This document shows positions 13,245-26,000 of a DNA stretch of 64,000 nucleotides, in pieces (positions within the stretch are counted from its first letter, which is position 1; every line of letters begins with the position of its first letter). The stretch is from Phoronis australis (Eukaryota > Animalia > Phoronida), in the NCBI GenBank assembly GCA_002633005.1, contig NMRA01000419.1:103976-167975 (forward strand), given 5' to 3'. Position numbers and translations under genes: made by a program. Below the pieces are notes generated by a model that was not told where the DNA came from, searched no databases, and was given only the letters and a program-made list of their open reading frames with translations.

Positions 13245-13660
13245 AATCCGAGACCGACAAGAGATCTTTTATTTATGCTGCTGCTGCAATACGGAACTCT
13301 CTTAGCCCACAAATTAAACGGCCCAATTCAATTACTACAAAATTAATTTTGAAAAGTGGCTGTAATTTACTTACACATTCTAACACCTTACCTTTCTTAA
13401 TTATGTCATTTTTCATTATTGTACATGCTCGCACTATTTAGTATCATCTCTTTATTTCATCTCTTTTGGTCAAAGTTTCATCATCAACCTGTTTTAATTG
13501 CTGCTTTGTTACCTGTATCTAATTTCTATTTTACTACTTTATCCTATTATATTTTACTGTATTACAGTCTGTTGTTGTGGGCTCTCTTGAAAAGCAGTGC
13601 TTCACTTGAATAGGCTACCCTCATTTCAAATATTACAATAAATGAATAAATAAAATAAAT
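13245..13660 (+). mobile_element. 3' end fragment of a CR1/L2-group LINE
   Basis: RSFIYAAAAIRNSLSPQIK resembles the CR1/L2 ORF2 C-terminus. It is followed by a T-rich 3' UTR, GGGC...GAAAAGCAGTG...GGCTACCCTCA and an AATAAA-rich tail. Confidence 0.6.
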
Positions 13661-14981
13661 AGTTGGTGCTTGAGCCGGATTTACTGTATAGTTTTAACGT
13701 CGTGATCTTTGCATTTTAGCATGAACAAAAGAATATTTTTTAATACTCTTTATTCAGTTGTTGACTGACTGTAATTGGTATTTTGGTTATGATTGGCTGG
13801 CAAAAGCAAAAGAACCGTTAAGATAGGTTGTATATCAGAAAATCAGAAAAAAACTATGTACTATCTTATATTGGAATATGAAATCAAGTACAGGGGTGAA
13901 AAATTATGTTTCTGCCATGACCTAAATACCAGGCTTTAAGGTATGCCTACGAACTTTAAAATCAGCGCATGTGTAAGCGAAATATTGATTGACGTTTTGA
14001 TTTATTATCTCTTGCGTACCTGTACAGTCTGTTCTACACCTGTGTCACCCGATTGGAATATTGTGAATTTTTTCTTGGGAGACAATAAACCGAAACGTCC
14101 ATAAATATGCCGTCGTTTATGCACCGATTTTAAAGTTCGTACTCATATTTGGCCGAAAACAAATGTGATTAAAAGTATGCATCAGTTTCTTCTATTATCA
14201 CAATTGTAATGGAATGTTTCTACCTCCAATAATAAGTATTTTGTTGTTGTTGTTGTTGTTGTTGTTGTCGTTGTTTACATATGCGCTGATTTTAAAGTTC
14301 GTACTCATATTTTGGCCCAAAAAAATGCGATTAAAGGTATGAATATTTTTCCTGTTATAATGGTACTGGTCTTTTTCTACCCCAATAATAAGTATTTTGT
14401 TCATAATATTTTGTTAATCTAGAAGCTTACAACCTAAACACTTGTATGTTATGTAAGATAGAAGTTGTGGTATTTATATGCTTCTTTACTCTAAGATTTG
14501 TTTTGATTTGATTAGGGGAAATATTTTGTGCCGCAACCCTGATATTCAGGCGAATTGACGTGCAACGTTTTTACGTCATCTGTCATGCCGTGTCATTCTA
14601 TTACACTCCACACGTTTGTAACTGATGTATAGTAAAGTTGTCTTGCGCAATATCATACAGTGTACGCGTACATATAATATTTTTGAAAAAAAATTCTTTT
14701 TCGAAAAATTGTTATTGTGGCGGGCGACCTGGTCTGGTCGAGAGTCCGTTTGAAGATACACTCTAACAAGTTATGTCTATACAAGGAATGACCAAGGGGG
14801 GACTCACATTGAAAAACTGACCGCATTCGCAAACAGTGTACAGTACCAGAAATTGCGGGGACGCTGTTCTTTCACAACAAAGTCTTGCAAGACTCGTGCG
14901 ATGTTCAATAGGCCTCCTAAGGAGCCCTTGTTCCGACCTCAACACCTATCGTTTTTCTACCTGCAATAAGCACACTGTCGT

Positions 14982-16215
14982 CTTCTATACTGGGAATTTC
15001 CGCAGAAAGGCCCACCCGATGAAACGCTCATGCCCATGGGCATTTATTTGATGTTAGTACTTCGGGTTTCAAGCGTTCAGACATTGGGACGTTTATTTCG
15101 AAAATTGCAAGAGATGCAAATAGGTCCTGGAATACATCGTCAACGTTTGAAGTAGTCCATGATAACTGATGAAATTTAGTTGCGCATTCAAGTCTTTTGA
15201 ATGGACTTGGCAACCTCAAAGGCCTTAGTGCCAACTGAGCTGCGAAACGAGATGCTGACATTGTAGAGGCTTACAAGCTCATTGACACAGCAGTTGTCAA
15301 AGTGCAAGCGTTGGGAGCAAACATCGAAGATGTTTGGGTAGAATGGTTCCAAGACGAGCAAATCATTGGATCCGATATACAGATTCCTCTGCAGTCTAGA
15401 CAACAGAAGGATAGGACTAACGTATGAGTAACCACTGGGGATTAAAAAGTGTCTAGAGAGAAGTTTTCAAATTCAAAATTTTTTGCATAGTACACTTTAG
15501 GTCTCGCGACGGACCAGGCCAGCTTGACTTGTGTAGATGTTGAGTTTCAGTGTACTTGTGGTCCCTCGGCGAGCTAGTCTTGCGATTTTTTTACCAAAGT
15601 GTGCTTTGTAAAATTATTTATCTCAGCCAGTACTGTTTGGTCCCGTGACAGATCGACTATTTTTATAGGGATAATAACCACAGGTGTACTCTTGGTCTCG
15701 TGATGGTCCAGGTCAGCCTTTTTGTGTACTGTCAGTGTACATCTGGTCCCTCTGCAAACTAGTCTAGTATATCTTTTCACAACTGTGCGCAGGATGTTTT
15801 GGTTTCGTGAAACTGTTTTCAGATGATTTGTTTCCTCTGAAACATTTGACGTTTTTCAAATGTTGCCAACGTTATTCAGCTTAATAAAGTGCTACTTAAT
15901 TATTTATTGTCGCTTTTAATGATACACTATGAGCTGAGAGCACCATCGTTCGCCAGTTTTTCTCGTAACGAGACAGAACACATGTTTATTTCCGGATTAA
16001 CAGTGCAGGTCTTCGTTCTTAAACAACTTGATGCTGCTGTTACGCGATCATCTGATATTCAAGTTTTTACGCTCCGTCGGTGCTCCTTATGCTCTTGAAT
16101 ATTTGGAAGTTGTCTAAACCCCTGTATACACACCATACCTTTTCGTATATGATTTTTCGTATTCTTAAAATGGTGTGTGTAAGCAGATGTTATGATGCCA
16201 GCCGGCTGGCTCTCT
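14982..16215 (+). mobile_element. Internally deleted hAT element relic, copy A
   Basis: Inverted homology to 48820-51203. Transposase fragment at ~15207-15421 (AYKLIDTAVVKVQ...QIPLQSRQQKDRTN). Subterminal tandem units at ~15500-15770. Confidence 0.75.
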
Positions 16216-16350
16216 ATTGTGTTGGCAGGAAATGTGGTAATTGAAACTTTGTAATATAATGAGGCTAGGCCCTCTGCATTTAATTGAGGTTTCCGAAAAT
16301 TAAAAGTGCATTGCAATCATATCTTTGACTGTAGTAGAACTTATCGCAGG

Positions 16351-16996
16351 TGTTATGCAAGAATTGTTTCAATAGTCACCTGATTTGATTTTGCTGAGTA
16401 AGCTCCATTCAGATTAATTAATACTTATGCAAGTGTCACGTGCAACCGTCACGAGATGGGCCCATCATATGATGCCAGCTAGAATAGTATTTAAGGCATT
16501 GGCCATCAAGGAAAGTCAGACCATAGACCACAAAAGACCATAGACCACAAAAGACAACAATCGACCACGACATCAGACTAAAACCAAGACCAGACCCAGA
16601 CCTGATCTCCAGGAGAAGCCGACAGCGAAGCCGAGGAAACAGGTTCAGTGAAGTCAAATCACAAGGAGTCGAGCTATACACATTTAATACAGGCGTTGGT
16701 CTCAGCCTGTTAGTCAATTTGAACCAGTCTAGTGATTGTTTTAGAGAGTCAGTTCATGTTGCGACTTGTATTGCATTAATGAGTGCGGTAGCTACGGGTA
16801 ACTGGTGGCACTGTAAATTGATACTTTCACCTGTAACGATATATCGTTTCATTCGAACAGTCGTCAGTCTCACAACTCGAAGTAATCTATTGTTTGTAAT
16901 TCACAACGCTGCAAATTAATAGACGTATTCTATTGTTAAAGTATTCGTGTGTTCTTTGATTTACTACCACGAGCGCGCCGTCTGTTGGCCGCAACA
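16351..16996 (+). mobile_element. Probable solo LTR
   Basis: TGTTATGC...GCAACA termini. TATTTAA at 16488-16494 followed by AGACCA-type short repeats. Flanks CGCAGG/CGCATT form only an imperfect TSD. Confidence 0.45.
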
Positions 16997-18779
16997 CGCA
17001 TTGATATACCACAACTTGCGCTTCAGTCAAAAAATCTAATGTGGTTATTTGGAAAATTCACATTAACTAGAGGCGCATGTACTAGTGCTGATAGATGAAC
17101 AGCCTCGATTTCGCGAGCCCTTTAAATACATGGTGAAATGGCTTGTAGCTGTGCCAACTGAATCTGAGATTGCGTGAAAAGGAGAAAGTAAGCTTACCCT
17201 AATACAAAGGTAAGTTTTGTGGTTATTTTAACGATTATTCCATGTTTATTCTACTGATGCCTGTTAACTGAGGTACTCGCCGATGTCGACTTCGCGGCAG
17301 TCGCCAGTCAGGTTAATCTGTGTTGTGATGTGTGTTACGATACTTGACGTAGCACTCGGGATCTTTTCGTTCATCAAAGCAGTATTATTGTTTGGAATGC
17401 TTCTAACACTGAGTGACATTAACTTTTCCTTTCAGAAGAAAGACCTTTTACAAATGGTAGCAACATTTCAATTTGGCTCACATTATGTGGAAATGACATT
17501 CAGTGACTTCATCGATTGTCTTATTGTCAGTAGAAAGCCCGTTAATGTTACACTTTAATGATGGAATAATTTTCAACAGGCAAGTTTGTCACTAATTATT
17601 GCAACCACATTTCTTCAGTTTTAAAGCCTCATACAGTGCAGTTGTGCTTATTCTTTATAAAGCTGAAATGATTACCGAATATGCTTGCGAATTGTTATTT
17701 TCCTGTTGACCTATAGAAATGTGCAGGAATCAAAATGAAATATTCCCTTCATTTGATTTGTTTGTGTGTGTGTAATTATTTTCAGAGCTTTCTTAAGAAG
17801 GCCTTTGAACAATTGTAATTTTTTAGTTAACTTGCCTATGAACAAAAGTTCCACATGCAAGAAAAGTATGTTTTCAATTGTAGCTAGCTGGATAAGAATC
17901 TGCTATGCACAAGATTCGAGAATAAAAATTATCAGTGTATTTAAAAACAAAATGGCAAACTGAACAACCTCATACATACAAAGAAACAACATTGTTCATA
18001 ATTAGGCATATCAAGCGCAGAATTTCTGAATTAGGTTCAATTCTCTCAAGTTATTGCTGAAGAATTGCTTTTCAATTTGGACATAAGGTAAATAGATGGT
18101 CCGGCGGGTGGTTCAGTCGTTTTCTCTTACCTGTAACAGAATAGTCAGAGAAATATTAGCAAATTATAAAAGAAAATGCGAGACAAAACTCCTTTTGTAA
18201 GGCAGAACATACTTGATGTTTCATCTTCATGTTTTTATGTAGAAACTAATATTCTTTGTACCCAAGACTTATCTAAGATCTGAATTAAAATATGTGAAAC
18301 AGGCTAAAAGTTATTTAACAATGTGTATTTTTCACGACACCTAAAATGTGCTTCTGATCTCGAAAAGTAACATTCATTCTAGGTGTCAATTTTTATTCCA
18401 ATATAATGTTACGATATTTACTGAATAGCTTATTCATTTTTGTTAATTGGGTAAGTAATTTTGGTAGTCCTGGGGGTGGCTATAAAATAAGGAAACTTGC
18501 ACATCTATAGAATTTTATTGGACATAGTATACTTTTTTGAGAGAAACTGCTGTGAAAACGTCATCCCTAACTTCTGAGGGTCACGTACCATGCACCTCCT
18601 ATGTTGGGCGCACTCCCACCCAGGACAATTGAATATGTGAGTATGTGCAGCTAGCCCATCCGGCATCCGAGTGCCGGGTGAGCTTCCGAAAAGAAACACT
18701 TAGTTCCACTCAATAAACCACCCGTTATTCAGTGGGGTAACTGGTGGGGATAACATCACCGAACGATGTCGATAGAAAC

Positions 18780-18945
18780 TGGTTGCTAAAAACTTACCAA
18801 GTAATGTTATATGTTGTCTCCCAATAGAAATACAATGTACGTAGAGCACACACTGACGAGGCTTCCGCATCCACACATTTTTTGTCAGTTGGTTGACCTT
18901 TTTGACCGCCATTCTCCACAAATGTAGGTCTTTTGAAATTTGTGA
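18780..18945 (-). pseudogene. Degenerate THAP-domain relic of a DNA transposon
   Basis: KDLHLWRMAVKKVNQLTKNVWMRKPRQCVLYVHC matches the THAP core W..AV.R......W.P.....VCS.HF pattern with decay. A GTAAG donor follows. Confidence 0.4.
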
Positions 18946-19421
18946 CCACCTAAGGGTCGAAGACTTGCACCAGGGAAAATAGCAAAAATAAGGCTTAGCG
19001 TGACGACGTATTTTGACAACAATTCCGTCTTTTTACCATCTGTTTACATGCATAAAGCGCCGCATGCGCAATTCAATCACCACTAGTGCAGCAGCGATAC
19101 CGCAAGAATTCTCCGAATAGCCCAATTGGGTTTTGGCGTGAATTTTCAGCAGGAATAGGTCCGTCATGGGACGAGTTCACACCCTGAGCGGACTGACTGC
19201 CGGATGGCACGCGAAACTCCAGTCCTTGATTTGTGGTCATGCTTTAAGAAACACTAAACTCATATTTTTTCATTAACATCGAGCTTTCTGTCGGTGACAC
19301 GGCTGTGATGTTTGTGACAAGAACCAGAGTTATACGATTACCATGGATGATAGTATATCAGATTTGACTGATGCGGCTGCTATGTTCATGGTGAGATATA
19401 AAACCATAGTTACGCCGTGAC

Positions 19422-19499
19422 GGTTGATACAGTAAGTGACTGGCAGTAATAGGCCTACATTAGTAGGCCTATTACTGCCAGTCACTTACTGTATCAACC
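19422..19499. repeat. Perfect 36-bp inverted repeat with 6-nt loop
   Basis: GGTTGATACAGTAAGTGACTGGCAGTAATAGGCCTA-CATTAG-exact reverse complement. Confidence 0.95.
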
Positions 19500-19598
19500 T
19501 ACTAATGTAGGCCTACGTCTGTGATGATCATACCACTGAGTGTAACACCGCAACTGTGGTACCTGTCACTTAGTGACGGTGCAAACAGCTGCGATGTA

Positions 19599-19786
19599 AG
19601 TAATGAGATAAAAACAACGCTCTTACACCGCCACTACGGCTATTTACGGTAACACAGCTACCATGTTAGTGATGAGATAAAAGACAGTATTAGAACACCG
19701 CCATTACGGATATTTACGGTAATACAGCTACCACGTTAGTGATGAGATAAAAGCCAGTATTACAACAACACCGCACATATTTACCA
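19599..19786 (+). repeat. ~70-bp tandem repeat, about 2.7 copies
   Basis: Recurring GTRATGAGATAAAA...ACACCGCCAYTACGG.TATTTACGGTAAYACAGCTACCAYGTTA. Confidence 0.85.
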
Positions 19787-20548
19787 CTACTTTTTGCACT
19801 TAACCTCGCCTTTCCAGATAAAAATTAAGTACCAGTCCACGAGAGCACCAGACATTCAGCGGCAAGTTGGCGGGTTCAGCCGATTTTCACCAAATTTGGC
19901 ACATAGGTAGTCCTATAGAATCTATAAACAGTGGTGAAATATTTCCTCAAAATATTAAGTTTTACTAAAGTTATAGGCTCAAACACATTTTACGGCTTCG
20001 CAGCTGTGTTTTCACGCTGTAAAAACTGTCCAATTTTAACTGTTTATATTTTTCCTTGAATGAAAGCTATAATTGAACTATTATTCACTTGGCATTGTTA
20101 AGGGATGCCTATAGATTGTTACACAGATATCTTGAAAAAAAGATTCCGATTTACCGCCGTCATTTAGTAGTTTTACTACACTGCCCCCCGTTATGCGTAC
20201 ATCAGACCGTTGCCGATAAATGCTCGTCATTATCTTTGTTATAACAACGGGAACAATGAAGATGGTAATCTATTGTTCTCTATGCGACCAGGTTTCCCGT
20301 GGATGACCACAGAAGAAGAATCCAAAAGTATCCACAAACACTTATCACGCACCTGAATAACTCTTACCGCGCACACGAATCCTTTCCGTGGAACCTAAAC
20401 ACCAATTTTTTGTATCCGTGTATTGTGTTGTATTGCTCATGGTACGGGTTCAGATTCCATTCCATTAAGATTTCAATCCCCAACCCTGTAATATGGGAAA
20501 GTGCGGCCCATAATAGCAAAACTGAATTAGAAAGATAAGCAAAAAATA

Positions 20549-20869
20549 ATGAGGAAACGGAGAGAAGTGAGGGACCCCAACATATTCATAACAGAAGACT
20601 TCTCAATCCAGGTTAAGAAGGCAAGGAGAAAGCTGTACGAATTCTCACAATCAAACAACATGGAAAACGCTAAAATCAGCTTTAACAAGCTAATCTATAA
20701 TGGCAGGGTATATGTATACGAAGAAGAGAACGATATGGTAAAAATCAAACCCCGCACGACTAATGCTGATCCACGCCATCCATCAACCCGAACGGAAGCC
20801 GCTGTTCAACATGATGATCAGGTTTTCCATATGGCCAGCTCGTCTCAAGCTCAGTCGGACCAGCACTAG
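20549..20869 (+). CDS. LINE ORF1, C-terminal part
   Basis: NIFITEDFS..VKKARRKL and AKISFNKLIYNGRVY motifs are typical of LINE ORF1 C-terminal domains. Confidence 0.75.
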   Translation: MRKRREVRDPNIFITEDFSIQVKKARRKLYEFSQSNNMENAKISFNKLIYNGRVYVYEEENDMVKIKPRTTNADPRHPSTRTEAAVQHDDQVFHMASSSQAQSDQH

Positions 20870-23800
20870 AGGTTAGACCAAGGCCCGCAAGACAAGTCGT
20901 CATGGAAATTTATTTGTTGGAATATCGAAGGTCTAAAGCATAAAATACAGAGATCTGATTTTGTAAATATGATATGTACATATGATATTATCGCTTTTGT
21001 TGAAACATGGGGAATGAATGAAGATGAGTTTACACTGGAAGGGTACCAGTGTTTTGGGTCGGTGAGAAATAAACACCCTCAAGCATTTCGGAATTCTGGC
21101 GGTGTGGTATTATTTTGTAAGGATTTATTGGGGGCTATTAGGCTTCCTTCAAGTTCGTGTGACGTTTTATGGGTAAAAATTGACCTACCCGATTATCTGT
21201 ATCCTGTTTTAGTTGCAGTTGTGTATCAGTCTCCAAAAAGTTAAAGTAAAAATTTGGAAATAATGAAAACACTTGAGCGGGAGGTACAAGGTTATACTGC
21301 TGAAATGAGAGGGGATCACCTTTTAATTATGAGCGATTTTAATGCTCGTACGCGTAACAGGCCAGACTTTATTGCAGATGACAGTATTAAGTATATGGAT
21401 GAATCCAGTGCTATTTTTGATTGTGTTGGTTATGTAGAAGATCGCCTGTGTTGTAGCACCTCACAAGATAATGGCGAGGTAAATGAGTTTGGTACAGAAT
21501 TATTAGATTTTTGTCAAAGAAATGAGATAAGAATTTTGAATGGAAGAGTAGGGAAAGATGCAGACATTGGTAGTGTAACATGTGTAACTTATAATGGATC
21601 TAGTGTTGTTGATTATGTCATGATGAGCAAGGATTTATTGTACTGTGTGGACGGTTTTGAAATCGGTGAAATATGTGAATCGACTGCGCACTTTCCATTG
21701 ATTTTTAGTATGTGTAAGACGCAGCAAAACAACTGGGCTCGAGGTGAACAGAATGAAAATTTTTATAAATGGAACGAGGGGTTGAGCGTAAGATATGCAG
21801 AAAACTGGTCGAGCCCGGAGGTGGATCAGTTGCTCGCTTACGTGCAGAGTCATTTACCCTCGACCATAGATTCGAGTGTAGAAAGTTTAATGGAAGCCAT
21901 TAAATTATGTGCTGCAGACATGTTAAAACCAAAAGTGAACATATCTTATAACCCAGTTAGTTTTCCCAAATGGTTTGACGCTGATTGTAGGGAGATGAGA
22001 GCTGTCGTTAGGCAAAAATTATGTAATTTTAGATTCAGTATTGGAACACGGAGAGAAAACATTTGCCGAACTCTATAAGTACAAGCTAGAAGGGATTATG
22101 GAAACTTAAAAAAAGTGAAACAGATAGAGTGTAACAGAAACATTACAAAACTTTGAAATCAGCTGTGGAGAGTAAAGACAGTAAAAAATTCTGGCGCGCA
22201 TTTAATATTAAGAAGAAAGGTGTATCAACGAATATTAAACCGGAGAAATGGATAAATTATTTCAGCTCTCTGTTCGAAGGCCAATATTTTGTTACTAATC
22301 CGGAGTTCGCTGAGTTTCATGCTTTTATTGAGAACTCAGTAAAAAATGACATCAATTCAAGTAATGCAGTTGTTGATATGGAGTTGGACGCTAAAATCAC
22401 AAAAGACGAAATTATACAAACCATTGGTAGTATGAAAGATGGAACTTCGCCAGGATGTGATAAAATTAGCATTGAGTTCTACAAGTATGCTGATAAAAAG
22501 TTGGTAGATTCGCTGTTCCAGCTTTACAACTACTTTTTTAAAAATGGTGTGTTTCCAAAAGAATGGACAAAATCCATTATAGTACCGATATTTAAGGGCG
22601 GTACCAAAATTCCTGAAAATTTCAGAGGAATATCCCTCATGCAAGTCACGGCCAAAATATTCGAAAAAATATTGTGCCAGCGACTTCAAAAATGGTCGGA
22701 AAGAGAAAACGTAATTAGTATGTCTCAAGCTGCGTTTAGGAAAGGACACAGTACGGTGGATCACATGTTTGCTTTATATACGTTAATAATTAAATATTTG
22801 ACACGAGATAAAGGTAGATTCTATTGTGCTTTCGTGGATTTTAAGGCAGCTTATGACAGTATATATAGAAGCGCATTGTATTTTAAATTAAGAAACAATC
22901 GCATAGAAGGTAAGATGTATAAGATAATAAAAGCAATGTACGCTGAAGTAAAAGCGTGCGTGAAAATGAGTAACGGAAGCTACACGGAGTTCTTTGATTG
23001 TCATAATGGTCTAAAACAAGGCTCTCAGCTATCACCGTTTTTGTTTATTTTATTTATAAACGATCTCGAACAAGAATTAGAATCCGGGGGAGGTGAAACA
23101 ATTTCCATGGGATCAGCTGAATTATTGCATCTGCTGTTTGCTGATGATTTGGTTTTATTTTCTTATAGTGTGAAAGGACTGCAGAAAAAATTGAACATTT
23201 TATATGAGTATAGCCAGAAATGGAAATTGATTGTTAACATGTCGAAGACTAAGATAATTGTTTTCAGAAAAGGTGGAATGTTACGATCGTATGAAAAATG
23301 GACGTATGATGGGAATACTGTTAATATTGTAAATGCATACAAATATCTAGGATTAATGTTTACTACGAAAGGTTCGTGGTCTTGCGCACAGAAAACTCTA
23401 TCATTACAGGCTACTAAGGCAGTGAATTTGATGAGAAAAAATGTCAATGGTTTTAATGCACTCCCTGTTAAAGTTAGTTTAAAATTATTCGATTGTAAAA
23501 TATTGCCGATACTTCATTATGGCTGTGAGATCTGGGGTTTTAATGATTGCGAATGTATTGAAATAGTCCACACAAAATTTTGTAAAGAAATTTTAAATTT
23601 GCCTAGCACGGCAATTTCATCGACTGCTAGAGGTGAGATGGGTCGTTACTCCTTGATTGCTTACCGACTTCCTAGAATTATGAAATATTGGTTAAAACTA
23701 TTAAAAACCGATGAGTCAAAAATTACATATCATTGCTATGAATGGCAGTACAATATGACGGAAAATGTTAATAAACCGTGCTGGGTTAATGATGTTAAGA

Positions 23801-24342
23801 AATTGTTATTTCAGTTTGGTTTTGGAGAAGCATGGTATAATCAGGGTGTAGGTTCCGAGACAAGCTTCATATCACTTTTTAAACAAAGATGCAAAGATAT
23901 TGATCAGCAAAAATGGCAAGATATTTTGAACAATTCGATTAAGCTGGAAACTTACAGAACTTTTAAGTTAAATATATGTTTTGAAAACTATTTAGATGTA
24001 ATTGACAATGTAAATGTTAGATCTGATATGGTGAGATTGAGATGTTCAGCGCATGCACTAATGATTGAAAAGGGTAGACACTTGAAACTTAACAGAACAG
24101 AAAGGTTATGCCCTCTCTGTGTTAGGACATATGTCGAGTCGGAATATCATTTTGTTATCGAATGCCCATTCTACGATGACCTTAGGAAACGATATTTGCC
24201 TGCATGGAGCTACAACAATCCCAATGTTACAAAATTCAACAGACTCATGACTATGGAGGAAAAAGATCTTATATGGTCAACATGTAAATATGTTCATTTC
24301 GCATTCAAGCGAAGAAGAATTCGGTTTACTTCTAGTGTTTGA
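20870..24342 (+). pseudogene. LINE ORF2 (AP endonuclease + reverse transcriptase + CCHC), disrupted
   Basis: APE motifs WNIEG, VETW, SGGV, SDFNAR and SVVDY. RT motifs FRGISL, FVDFKAAYDS, GLKQGSQLSPFLF and LLFADD. C-terminal CPLC...EYHF...CP. Stops at 21242 and 22076, frameshift near 22150. Confidence 0.92.
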
Positions 24343-25723
24343 CACTTACCTTTATTGTATTTGATGATTTGATTGTAACAAGGGCCGGAGGCCTAGTTAT
24401 TGAATAAATATATATATATAATTATATATATATATATGTAGTTTGAGTAAAATTTCTAGACAATGCAGGTTTATGGATTTATTTTCCTTTAAATGAAGAG
24501 TTAAGAGCAAATTCTGCACTGGTTTTTCAAAAGTAATCACTTATTGGAAGACCACTAAAAATAAAACGTTTGACAATTTTATTCCTTATCTTATTTGAAA
24601 GTCATCTACCTCACAGACAAATCATCTTAAATTGAAGATATTCCTTGTGAAAAAATATAAAACACCAACCAGAGACTTGTACCGGGGTATACTGCAAAAT
24701 ATGTTTTCATAATACAATACAAAGATAACTGTGCAGTCAAAAGTGCAAATGTTATTGCCTTCTAGATCTTTTCAACACTCCGGTTGTTACTGGACAGAGT
24801 CAATAACACAAAACCCATAAAGTCAGGAAATTACATCTAAGGTGATATAGTCTCACTGCGAAAAAGGTATTTCGCAATGTCGCTTGCAACACTGTAAATT
24901 TCTTGAGGTGGCTGTTTATAGGGAGAATTATGTACCACATATCAACAAATAACCACCACAAATAGAAAAAATTGGCTTGTGGGTTCCAATTAGGCAGCAT
25001 TTTTACAATAAAATGGTCATGGAAAAATACTTCTGCAACATGGTTTGCCTTACAATTGCCGCACGACTACAGTTGTACATACATACTAGACCATTTACAA
25101 AATTACTCATGGGAACCATAAAATGGTCAATTTGCCAAAAACCAAGGAGTCACCAGAGCTAATGTGCCAATACTTATCAGTAAATAACTGCAACAAAAAC
25201 TCATTTGAAGTGGACATAAACCCGCCTACAATCACATAAAAAAACTTTTGATTTAGACAATTTACCATCATGAAATAGGTATTATTTCCAGATCACTTTT
25301 GCGCAATTCATAATTTCGAAAGAACTGGCAGTATATAATTGCTAGAGACCTGTCTAATAGTGCGTGCTTTTATGCACACAGCATGGTCTCGAGGAACAGC
25401 AAACTGTCAATTCGCTACAATTCCAGATATCACTTCCCATCTGGATAAAGAACAATTTCAAGAGCAAAGTTTATAGAGGTAAATGATCTAAATCAAAACT
25501 TTAACTCTTGGACGGAATGTGGGTTTACAACCCAGGCAGAAAGTTAAGTGAACAAAAATTCAGCCTAACTGCAACAGGGGCTCAAATTTCAGTAATAAAC
25601 AAAAATCTGATGGTAAATAAAATGCGGAAACATAAATTCTGATCAATTACGCATCTTCAAGGAAATGAAACAGTACAGTGGTCAGAAATCATCTAAATGT
25701 GATGGCCACACTGAGAAATCCTG

Positions 25724-25847
25724 CGCCAGAAGGCAATGCTTATGCAGAACGAACAACTTTGGACTAAACGCTCAAGTTTATTGAGAGATAAATATAATGA
25801 ATGATACCAGAGAGAGAGAGGGAGGGAGAGAGAGAGAGAGAGGGAGG
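25724..25847 (-). repeat. 3' LTR, partial; runs into (GA)n and an N gap
   Basis: About 89 bp align to 30219-30307 with about 9 substitutions. Confidence 0.85.
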
Positions 25848-25964
25848 NNNNNNNNNNNNNNNNNNNNNNNNNNNNNNNNNNNNNNNNNNNNNNNNNNNNN
25901 NNNNNNNNNNNNNNNNNNNNNNNNNNNNNNNNNNNNNNNNNNNNNNNNNNNNNNNNNNNNNNNG

Positions 25965-25997
<33 letters not shown>

Positions 25998-26000
<3 letters not shown>

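Larger units (their letters stand above)
20505..24437 (+). mobile_element. RTEX-like non-LTR retrotransposon (LINE), 5' truncated within ORF1
   Basis: ORF1 C-terminus, then APE, RT and a CCHC C-terminus. Short 3' UTR GGGCCGGAGGCCT...AATAAA followed by a (TA)n tail at ~24408-24437. Confidence 0.9.

Noticed and set aside
22357-23447. Antisense ORFs inside the LINE
   Set aside because: Shadow frames of the RT ORF with no independent motifs.
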